64,000 nt of DNA, taken from positions 62,891 through 126,890 of IMG/VR virus record IMGVR_UViG_3300037313_000197; one strand, 5' to 3'. The notes below the pieces were generated by a model. That model did not search any database. It was given only the letters and a program-made list of their open reading frames with translations, and had not been told where the DNA came from. Each line of letters opens with the position of its first letter. The first letter of the stretch is position 1. Of the stretch, positions 18,026 to 25,187 are shown piece by piece. This DNA is from a virus. The translations under genes and the position numbers were made by a program.

Positions 18026-18367
18026 TCAGCCAAAGTAACCCATCCTTAGTTGTTGTCGCCAAGAATGCTGCTTGGCATTCTCTCTAGAATTGACCGGAAA
18101 GTCAGTGAAATCTTCCGGCCTTAACTGTCGCCCTAGTCTATCCTCTAGACAACCGATACACAAGAGCCCGTAAACTTCGTTATTGATGGTGACACTATTC
18201 CAAATGTAGTCATGAACCATGTAATATTCATCAAACTCTCTTTGGTGCATTTCACAGTCCATACACAGATGGGACGAGTGCATATCACAATACTCGTCCC
18301 AATCTATAAATTCATCGTCATCATCGACTTTGATAGTGCAACCGCATTCCATTACCGCCCGGCCCAT
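18026..18367 (-). CDS. Cys-rich hypothetical protein
   Basis: CMDC..EYYMVHDYIW..LCIGCLEDRLGRQL..DF. Confidence 0.65.
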   Translation of the reverse strand: MGRAVMECGCTIKVDDDDEFIDWDEYCDMHSSHLCMDCEMHQREFDEYYMVHDYIWNSVTINNEVYGLLCIGCLEDRLGRQLRPEDFTDFPVNSRENAKQHSWRQQLRMGYFG

Positions 18368-18387
18368 TTTAATCTCCTAATTATGGG

Positions 18388-18473
18388 CGGTGGGCAGAGG
18401 ACTTGCACCCCAGAGTTATTAACTCCTAGCCGTCTAGCAAACGGTACCAGTGCGCTTGTCTGGTTTACCCACC
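18388..18473 (-). tRNA. tRNA-Ser(GCT), atypical D-arm
   Basis: GGTGGGT/GCCCACC-G73, loop TTGCTAG, long variable arm, D-arm ACCAG-ACAAGCGCA-CTGGT. Confidence 0.8.
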
Positions 18474-18489
18474 AATACCCATAATTATA

Positions 18490-18948
18490 TCAGGAGATTT
18501 TAATTGTCTCAACATGGATACCTTCAAGAATCTCAAAGTATCCAGCCCATGGAATGTCGTAAGACTTGCCCTTGTATTCAAAGTTAAATGGAACGACTGC
18601 TCTACGATCATATGAGTGATCGTACTTCTTGAATTCATCACGAAGATCATAAGCATCCTGCTCGTCATCAAATGCGTCTGCAAGATAGACCTGACCATCG
18701 TCATGTCCAAAGGTGTCGCCGGTAGAGTAACGAACAACTACCACGTAGACCTCATCAGAATCATCATCTACTTCAACAGTAAGTGAATCATTCCAATAGT
18801 AATGCTTCTCATCGGCCTTGTCATTTACAACTACTGCACGATAACCGCTAATATCCAATGCGGTATTCGGCCTGTCCCAACTATCATCAGGATCAGCCTC
18901 AGTTGTCTCATAGACGAAAGTGTCTACTTCGATCCTAACGTTCTTCAT
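18490..18948 (-). CDS. Hypothetical protein
   Basis: VVVRYSTGDTFG..YDIPWAGYFE; RBS AGGAG. Confidence 0.65.
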   Translation of the reverse strand: MKNVRIEVDTFVYETTEADPDDSWDRPNTALDISGYRAVVVNDKADEKHYYWNDSLTVEVDDDSDEVYVVVVRYSTGDTFGHDDGQVYLADAFDDEQDAYDLRDEFKKYDHSYDRRAVVPFNFEYKGKSYDIPWAGYFEILEGIHVETIKIS

Positions 18949-18958
18949 TTAACTCCTA

Positions 18959-19198
18959 TCAGAAAAGGTGAACGTAAAGCACACCGTTATAGTCGAGTCC
19001 GTCGCCGGTATCAACCTGCTGAGTAACTAGGTTCGAATAAGGCTCGTAACCATGCTCGTCCTCGTAAACCTTTAGAATGGCAGAAGCCTCTAGCATCACG
19101 TTAGAGAGCGACTTGGAATCAATATTCCAGACCTCGACCGTCTCATTCTCACAGAGTCGAGACTTAATGTCAAATTCAGTAGCAAGATCATCGTGCAT
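18959..19198 (-). CDS. Hypothetical protein
   Basis: RBS AAGGAG. Confidence 0.6.
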   Translation of the reverse strand: MHDDLATEFDIKSRLCENETVEVWNIDSKSLSNVMLEASAILKVYEDEHGYEPYSNLVTQQVDTGDGLDYNGVLYVHLF

Positions 19199-19228
19199 TT
19201 TTACTCCTTGGTTGGTTGGTTAAAACTG

Positions 19229-19301
19229 CTGCCCTGTCAGGAGTCGAACCTGCGTAGATAGATTCAAAGTCTATTTGGGGAACCCACACCCCGGCAAGGC
19301 A
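19229..19301 (-). tRNA. tRNA-Gln(TTG), atypical D-arm
   Basis: TGCCTTG/CAGGGCA-G73, loop CTTTGAA, D-arm GGGG-TGTGGGTT-CCCC. Confidence 0.85.
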
Positions 19302-19305
19302 AAGA

Positions 19306-19650
19306 TTACAACTTTGTACCACCATCGTAAGGAACGGCAAGTCCCTTAGAAAGCAGTTCTGCATTAATTGAAACCCCATTTGATTCGATATATACGAGAT
19401 AACGCCCGTACTTATCTGCCTTCTGAGGCTTGAAGGTTTGAATTTGCACCAGATTACCTACCGGCGCTAGAGACTCATCAAACATTCTTGCTTCGTTATA
19501 TCCTGCCTGCCCACGTTCGGGGGTGTCAAGACCGATAAGTCTGAGTCTCATTTCGTGATAAATCTTAAAGCCAAGGTCAACCATAAGATCAACTGTATCT
19601 CCGTCAACCCACTTGACAACCTTGGCGTTATATACGTAATTAATATCCAT
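19306..19650 (-). CDS. Thermonuclease (SNase-like)
   Basis: VDGDTVD..RLRLIGLDTPE..DKYGRYL..NAELLSKGLA. Confidence 0.92.
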   Translation of the reverse strand: MDINYVYNAKVVKWVDGDTVDLMVDLGFKIYHEMRLRLIGLDTPERGQAGYNEARMFDESLAPVGNLVQIQTFKPQKADKYGRYLVYIESNGVSINAELLSKGLAVPYDGGTKL

Positions 19651-19669
19651 GTATTTAGTTTATCATACG

Positions 19670-19741
19670 TGCACCCAACCGGATTCGAACCGGTGACTAG
19701 TCGATTATAAGCCGACCGTTCTGCCACTGAACTATGAGTGC
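19670..19741 (-). tRNA. tRNA-Ile(TAT)
   Basis: GCACTCA/TGGGTGC-A73, stem GTCGG/TCGAC, loop CTTATAA. Confidence 0.9.
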
Positions 19742-19869
19742 ATGCGGTAGGCCGCTAAACCTACCTAGAATCTGTCTGCCTCGGAAGCCCACCGGCCTGT
19801 CGTGGGTTTTATGGAACCTTACACCGCTACCAGACTGCTACATTAAGTTAGGAGTTAGGAGATTCTTTG

Positions 19870-19940
19870 AGCCTCTTGTCAGAATCGAACTGACGGCACG
19901 ACGTTACAAAGGTCGGGCTTTACCATTAAGCGAAAGAGGC
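19870..19940 (-). tRNA. tRNA-Thr(TGT)
   Basis: GCCTCTT/AAGAGGC, loop TTTGTAA. Confidence 0.88.
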
Positions 19941-20019
19941 AGGTGCGGGGAGGTAAAGGTGTCCTAAACCCGAGCCACCAGTCTCGTAGACTGAACCCGC
20001 TTGTGGTCTATTTGTTTAT

Positions 20020-20763
20020 TTAGTTTAACACATCAGACTCTAGAAGGTCAAGCATTCCATTGTCTGTTTCCATCTTCCACACCCGGCGCTTTGCATTGGT
20101 GCTTTCAATACGGTTAGTAGCCCTATTGTAGTACTCAAATGGAAGGTCACGTGCCTCGCTGTAGAAGTATCGGCCATTGAAGAACGGGTCAGGAATCGGA
20201 AGAACATCAGGGTTCTTCTCTCGGATCATGTCGAGCATATCAGCCTTGTTCTTGCCTTGCAACTCCTTGTGACTGAACATCGACTGAGCCTGCATGGAAA
20301 TAGCATTCCTATTTGCATCGGCCTTGCGCCAGAGGAAGTAGTCGAGCACGTCCTCACGCTTCGTCAGACGGATCACACGAGCGTCGAAAACGGCTGGCTT
20401 TTTACCGGCGTGCGCGTGGTGTGCGTTGAAAAATCCGGTAAAGGTAGAGGCGCTTACAGACACGATCTTTTCCACCTTGCCACCAAACCATCCCTGCTCA
20501 TGCTCACGCTCATCAATGAGAAGCGAAATCTCATCAGACTGAGTGTAGGCAAACTTAACAGGAATATCAGAGTTGCGGCAAGTGTCATAAACAGCATTGT
20601 TCATAGCGCTGTGAAGCATACCATCAAAAGGCTTAACTAGGCCCTTGGTGTAGGTGTGGAAAGCCTTACCGTCAAGTCGGACGATCAGCCAACCGTCAGG
20701 CAGGATGCTGGAAGAATGCATCCTCTCAATAGCCTTGAACTTATCTCCAAGTTCAGTGTGCAT
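20020..20763 (-). CDS. thg1: tRNA-His guanylyltransferase (Thg1/TLP family)
   Basis: VRLDGKAFHTYTK..KPFD, YTQSDEISL, FDAR, YFLWRKAD..RNAISM. Confidence 0.92.
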   Translation of the reverse strand: MHTELGDKFKAIERMHSSSILPDGWLIVRLDGKAFHTYTKGLVKPFDGMLHSAMNNAVYDTCRNSDIPVKFAYTQSDEISLLIDEREHEQGWFGGKVEKIVSVSASTFTGFFNAHHAHAGKKPAVFDARVIRLTKREDVLDYFLWRKADANRNAISMQAQSMFSHKELQGKNKADMLDMIREKNPDVLPIPDPFFNGRYFYSEARDLPFEYYNRATNRIESTNAKRRVWKMETDNGMLDLLESDVLN

Positions 20764-20773
20764 TAGTTACTCC

Positions 20774-22222
20774 TTACGTTACTGCTGACCATGTACCGGG
20801 CGATCCGCTAGCAGTGCAGACCCAGAACTTTGTATTTGAATTGGTGTTTGTGTTGACAACATAGTCACCCTTACGCCATACACCACTTGTCGGTGCTCCG
20901 GTACTTTCTGTAAGGTTCTTACATTGCCACTTGCGAACATTGGCAAGATCAGCACCCGCGCCGATCTTTCTGTCGAACGTCCAGCCAGTGAAGTCTACAC
21001 CATTGAGCAGCCAGTTGTGAACAGTCGATCCGGTTGAACCTCCACCGCCGAATGCCCATCCTCCTGTTGTGCCCTTAGCCAAACTTCCTCTGAACTCAAC
21101 ATTTGAAGATGTGCCCCTAGCAGCGTCCTTGATGATTCCCCAAGATGCGTTGCTATGGTTCTTAATGTTTAGATCGAGTAGACCATTGTTTGCAGTATAA
21201 ATTACACAACCGTGGCCGGTGCAGGTATTGATGAAGCCTGAGATTTTGAAATTATACACTTCTGCATTGTAACCAAGGGACAGTCCTGCACCCCCGACGT
21301 TAGTTACTCCCATGCTTCTAATTGTTACATTCTTAGAGTCATCAATCGACACACCCGAAGAAATACCAATTCCATTGCAGTCAAGTGAGGCGATATGAAC
21401 ATTGGTCGCGCCTCTCACGATGACACAGGCTGAACCAGACCTAACATCAGTCTCCTTGGTAATGACTGCTCTGTCAATAGTAACGTCAGAGATTTGTCTA
21501 CCGGCGACTGAGTAGATGCCTAGACCTCCACCACCGGCTGACGTACATACCAATTCCTTGACCACAACATTGCTTACTGAATCACCAGCAACATCATTAG
21601 GCTCAATGTCAAAACCCGAAGGCATTGCAATAGCGCCGGTAGCAGTATCACCTTGGTGACCAGTCTTTACAGAATTAATCCTGCGGAATCTGAAAATCGA
21701 TCCCTTGATGATAGAAACAGCATTCCTGCCAGTGTGAGAATCTGATATGGAGTTCACTGTGTCAATGTACACGCCTGAGGTATTGTTGGTAGAACCACCG
21801 GCGATGTAAATACTATCGCCTGCTGGGTTCTTGCTGTTCAGGGTGGTTACTGTGAAGTTTGTGCAATTGTCAAGACGAATATCATGCTTTGCCTCATCCA
21901 CCGGCCAAAGCGTACCGCCGACAGCAAACTTATTATTCATTACGTTACCGTCAGTATTGATCGTATCAATGACTGTATCAGTACAGTTAACAAAGGCAAT
22001 GATCGACTGTCTTGGCGAATTGTCTCTACGCTTGATAGTTCCGATAAAGTGCATGCGGAAACCGGTCTTGCCATTAACTACAAGACCGTCCGCTCTGAAC
22101 TCACCGGCAGGAACCAGAATCTTGCTATTGTTATTAATAGCAGTTTGGATTGCCGCTGTGTTGTCAGCGCCGGGGGTAACACCCAAAGAGGCTAGGCTTA
22201 CGTAATCTGAATAATCTGTCAT
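20774..22222 (-). CDS. Right-handed beta-helix (pectin-lyase-like) depolymerase or tailspike-like protein
   Basis: SLGVTPGADNTAAIQTAIN..ILVPAGEF N-terminal motif, repeated beta-helix rungs, GFDIEPN, C-terminal WRKGDYVVN..FWVCTASGSPGTW. Confidence 0.75.
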   Translation of the reverse strand: MTDYSDYVSLASLGVTPGADNTAAIQTAINNNSKILVPAGEFRADGLVVNGKTGFRMHFIGTIKRRDNSPRQSIIAFVNCTDTVIDTINTDGNVMNNKFAVGGTLWPVDEAKHDIRLDNCTNFTVTTLNSKNPAGDSIYIAGGSTNNTSGVYIDTVNSISDSHTGRNAVSIIKGSIFRFRRINSVKTGHQGDTATGAIAMPSGFDIEPNDVAGDSVSNVVVKELVCTSAGGGGLGIYSVAGRQISDVTIDRAVITKETDVRSGSACVIVRGATNVHIASLDCNGIGISSGVSIDDSKNVTIRSMGVTNVGGAGLSLGYNAEVYNFKISGFINTCTGHGCVIYTANNGLLDLNIKNHSNASWGIIKDAARGTSSNVEFRGSLAKGTTGGWAFGGGGSTGSTVHNWLLNGVDFTGWTFDRKIGAGADLANVRKWQCKNLTESTGAPTSGVWRKGDYVVNTNTNSNTKFWVCTASGSPGTWSAVT

Positions 22223-22223
22223 A

Positions 22224-22592
22224 TCAACTCTTACAAGGATTTGCCTTGACGTACCCGATGAACGTTCCCTTATCAGTAATTACATCAAAGAGCACCTGAG
22301 TGTTAGCGTTCTGGATAGTTCCTACCGTAATAGTATTGTTAGATGGATCGACTACATTTGGTGTCCAGTCTGTTGCTGGGAATCCATTGATATTTACACC
22401 AAGTACATTGTGCGTACCGGTCAGAGTCAGATAAAGGCGATAGTCGGCAGCCTGACGCTGAGCAGGCAACTTACATGACTTATCGGTATCCAGACCTTCT
22501 GTTACAGAAGCGGCAACAGCAGGAGCGGCGGTAGCAATCAAAACTGCTGGCACTGTCCATGCAGCACCCTTTACTACTGTTCTACGCTCCAT
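22224..22592 (-). CDS. Secreted protein with a twin-arginine-like leader
   Basis: MERRTVVKGAAWTVPAVLIATAAPAVAAS, a leader typical of actinobacterial exported proteins. Confidence 0.75.
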   Translation of the reverse strand: MERRTVVKGAAWTVPAVLIATAAPAVAASVTEGLDTDKSCKLPAQRQAADYRLYLTLTGTHNVLGVNINGFPATDWTPNVVDPSNNTITVGTIQNANTQVLFDVITDKGTFIGYVKANPCKS

Positions 22593-22619
22593 GATTTATC
22601 CTTTGGTTGTTTGGTTAAG

Positions 22620-22695
22620 TGGAGGTCTCGGGAGGGTTTGAACCTCCGTCCCCACGCCTTCCCGGCATGGTATTTTCCCTTAATACTACAAGACC
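22620..22695 (-). ncRNA. tRNA-like RNA with encoded CCA and a 5-nt anticodon loop (GGGAA)
   Basis: GGTCTTG/CGAGACC-T-CCA, D stem GTAT/ATAC, T-arm GGAGG-TTCAAAC-CCTCC, anticodon arm CATGCC-GGGAA-GGCGTG, no U33. Confidence 0.75.
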
Positions 22696-22696
22696 A

Positions 22697-22772
22697 TGGT
22701 GCGCCGGGGAAGACTTGAACTTCCATTCTCTCCTAGTAAAAGGAGCGGTGTTAGACTTACACCCACCGGCAC
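22697..22772 (-). ncRNA. tRNA-Val(TAC)-like RNA with encoded CCA and a 6-nt anticodon loop
   Basis: GTGCCGG/CCGGCGC-A-CCA, T-arm GGAAG-TTCAAGT-CTTCC, CTCCT-TTTACT-AGGAG. Confidence 0.75.
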
Positions 22773-22863
22773 TTATCGTAATCCTACACGATACCGTTCC
22801 ACATCTCAGCATTACCTGTCATGGCCGTATCTGCCTTATCATCGCCCACCCTCGGATTACAAG

Positions 22864-22938
22864 TGGTGCGGAATGCTACGCCTCGCAACGTAACGCTAAC
22901 GGTCCCGGTGACCGCCGTGCTCACTACACTAATTCCAC
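22864..22938 (-). ncRNA. tRNA-like RNA with encoded CCA and loop CACCGGG
   Basis: GTGGAAT/ATTCCGC-A-CCA, U8A9, D stem GTGT/GCAC, stem GCGGT/ACCGT, T-arm GTTACG-TTGCGAGG-CGTAGC. Confidence 0.65.
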
Positions 22939-22939
22939 G

Positions 22940-23013
22940 CTCCCCCGGCAGGATTCGAACCTGCAACCCTCTGATTAACAGTCAGATGCAACTACCAATT
23001 GTGCTACGGGGGA
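22940..23013 (-). tRNA. tRNA-Asn(GTT)
   Basis: TCCCCCG/CGGGGGA-G73, loop CTGTTAA. Confidence 0.95.
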
Positions 23014-23138
23014 ATATAAGGGACTGGTTAACACGGCCATTTATCCCTTGTTTAAAGTGCGTTCCGAATTTACACTTAGTTCTCTTCGTTTCGTATGTTA
23101 CCGGCAATCCATTATCCGGCGTTTATTTGTGTCTTATA

Positions 23139-23167
23139 AGCATACAGACTGTGACAGCGCTTGTCAA
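23139..23167 (-). promoter_or_regulatory. Sigma70-type promoter upstream of Asn and the tRNA-like array
   Basis: TTGACA-17-TATGCT. Confidence 0.65.
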
Positions 23168-23341
23168 GTCTGCTTGTTTGGGCGAAGTCTTTCTTCAATG
23201 TTATCGTTCATGATCTTCTCAGATGCTTCGTCATGACCTTCGCCACGTAATTCTCTTAATGCCCATTCAAGCGATAGTTCTCGTCCTCTTAGCATACCAA
23301 TGTACCAAGAGTCCTCATCAACTACCCGGCGATTCGTATTA

Positions 23342-23563
23342 TTAGCGATTCCCTCTAGGTGCTTGCGAACGAACTTCGCCTGACTTTCGATCTTCTCTTC
23401 GGGGGTCAACCTTTTTCTTTTCCTTCTTGGGTGGGAGAGCGAGGACAACCAAGTGTCCCGGTTCCTCAATACGCACAAGGCGTCCAAGAAACTCGTACTC
23501 TTCCTTCAATCTGTTCACTTGTTCGGGGGTACCGTGGAAGTGATAATTTCTTGCCTTAGCCAT
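23342..23563 (-). CDS. Basic hypothetical protein
   Basis: RBS GAAAGG, MAKARNYHFHG. Confidence 0.55.
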   Translation of the reverse strand: MAKARNYHFHGTPEQVNRLKEEYEFLGRLVRIEEPGHLVVLALPPKKEKKKVDPRREDRKSGEVRSQAPRGNR

Positions 23564-23572
23564 TGTGGCCTT

Positions 23573-23806
23573 TCATTTAGTCGGCTTTAGAACCTTGCCA
23601 TTGTCAAAGTCGATTGCAAATGCTGATACACCAGTTAGGAACTCCTGAATGCGTGGTGCATGGGCGTTCCAGATAATCTCTTCATTCAACTTGGCCTTGA
23701 TCTGACTTGCTGCTGCTGCATGTACAAAATACACTACACCGCGCAATTCAATTGCTGCGAACGCATTATCACTAAAGATTAACTCGTCCTGTCGTACATC
23801 TGCCAT
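23573..23806 (-). CDS. Hypothetical protein
   Basis: RBS GAAAGGTG. Confidence 0.6.
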   Translation of the reverse strand: MADVRQDELIFSDNAFAAIELRGVVYFVHAAAASQIKAKLNEEIIWNAHAPRIQEFLTGVSAFAIDFDNGKVLKPTK

Positions 23807-23933
23807 TGTTCACCTTTCGTTAATAACCAACTGGTCAGCCACTCGCATCCCACCCGTTTGTTCCAGTTAGGCATTCTTGTTGCCATACTTGTGCTGGTCA
23901 CCGGCCTAAGCCTTGTCCGCTGTGTTAGTTAAG

Positions 23934-24236
23934 TGGAGCCGGGAGGATTTGAACCTCCGTCTTACTACCGTCCGCATAGTTCCGTCTTACAGTCATAGTG
24001 CTTTAAGATATCACCCATCTGCGCCAGCGAACTGGACCACCTTCAACTTTGGCAGAGTTGACAACTGTACTACTGAAAACTCTAACTTGGTTAATAAGGT
24101 GTTAGAGAACCCCATCCTGAACTAAATCAGGCTGCTAGAGCGTAGTCTGCATTTATTGTTTTTGGACGTTTTAGTGATCCGTCCAATCACGACTGAGAAC
24201 CATGTTTAGTTGTAGTAATCGAAACCTGTCGGCCCC
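23934..24236 (-). ncRNA. ssrA: tmRNA, 303 nt, tag (A)ADYALAA
   Basis: 5' GGGGCCGACAGGTTTCGA, 3' GGAGGTTCAAATCCTCCCGGCTCCA with G3:U70; ATAAAT-GCA resume context, GCA GAC TAC GCT CTA GCA GCC TGA at 24150-24127. Confidence 0.93.
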
Positions 24237-24257
24237 TTGTTCCTCTAGATTAGCACC

Positions 24258-24617
24258 CTAGAGGGCCGGTGTCAAGACTGCCTGAAACAGCATAAAAATC
24301 ATCGGAACGTAGAACAGAACACTAATGACCAGATCACGTCTCGTTGTCCTGAGTCCACCATACGCCTCAATCTCATGGATGGCAATGCCGAAGTTGATTG
24401 CAGAAAAAAGTACAATAGCAATGGTCGGTAGAATCCATCCTACCGTAACCACAAGCCAAATGTACAGAGGTAGAACAAAGATAACAAAACCAAGGAAAAG
24501 GTGACCGGCATTAGTATCCTTGCTCACTACCGGCCTCCACAGGTTATCCTTCAACTTGTTGAAGGACTGTGCCCATGAAAAGAGGACAAAGGCGGTAAAA
24601 ACAATAACAGCAGTCAT
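24258..24617 (-). CDS. Multi-TM membrane protein
   Basis: Four hydrophobic segments. Confidence 0.65.
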   Translation of the reverse strand: MTAVIVFTAFVLFSWAQSFNKLKDNLWRPVVSKDTNAGHLFLGFVIFVLPLYIWLVVTVGWILPTIAIVLFSAINFGIAIHEIEAYGGLRTTRRDLVISVLFYVPMIFMLFQAVLTPAL

Positions 24618-24619
24618 GT

Positions 24620-24874
24620 TTACTCCTTGGCGTTGAGTTGAGCGCTGAGGTAGTCACGCAGTTCTGTAACTGCTTCCCTAGTGAGGTTAGCATACAGGTG
24701 ACTGGTCTCGCTGCCCCTCTTCATATCAACATCAAATACGAACTCATCAGGACTAATCTCACCGATATTCTTTACCCAAAGTGAGTAGGTCGATCCATCT
24801 TCTGATTCCAAAGTAAGACTATAGTCGTCTTCTCCATCGACCTTCTTGTCAAAGGTATACTTATAGAGTGGCAT
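24620..24874 (-). CDS. Hypothetical protein
   Basis: RBS AAGGAG. Confidence 0.65.
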   Translation of the reverse strand: MPLYKYTFDKKVDGEDDYSLTLESEDGSTYSLWVKNIGEISPDEFVFDVDMKRGSETSHLYANLTREAVTELRDYLSAQLNAKE

Positions 24875-24901
24875 ATTTACTCCTTATTAGTTTCTTATAA
24901 A

Positions 24902-24982
24902 GCCCGCGATGAGGGATTCGAACCAAACACATCACCGGTGGCTGCGCAACCCCGGCATTTTACCAATTAAACTAATCGCGGA
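24902..24982 (-). ncRNA. tRNA-like RNA with an extended anticodon arm and a broken T-stem
   Basis: TCCGCGAT/ATCGCGGG, D-arm TAGTTTAATTGGTAAAA, GCCGG-GGTTGCGCAGCCA-CCGGT, TTCGAAT loop flanked by TTTGG/CCCTC. Confidence 0.55.
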
Positions 24983-24984
24983 AG

Positions 24985-25077
24985 CGGATACGGTCTGCCC
25001 CTCATGACTCAGACATTACCATTAACTAGTATTACAGGTAGTTTTATTTTCTTGCGGAATTCTTAAACTACGTATCC
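24985..25077 (-). ncRNA. Cloverleaf-shaped RNA without a canonical anticodon or T-loop
   Basis: GGATACG/CGTATCC 7 bp, then TA and GTTT/AAAC, 3' stacked GTCTG/CAGAC arm. Confidence 0.45.
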
Positions 25078-25113
25078 TAATGAAATCCACACTTGCAAAT
25101 GCTTCATTCACTG

Positions 25114-25187
25114 TGTCTCTAGTAGGATTCGAACCTACAAGTCTTTGGTTTAGGAAACCACTGCATTATCCGTTATGCTATAGAGAC
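25114..25187 (-). tRNA. tRNA-Arg(CCT)
   Basis: GTCTCTA/TAGAGAC, loop TTCCTAA. Confidence 0.9.

Noticed and set aside
22773-22863. Hammerhead or other known ribozyme in the tRNA-like array spacer
   Set aside because: No CUGAUGA/GAAA core or other recognisable ribozyme consensus; only the closing helix is reported.
22615-23213. Several 60-130-aa ORFs over the tRNA-like array
   Set aside because: No RBS or recognisable motifs; they overlap clear cloverleaf structures on either strand.
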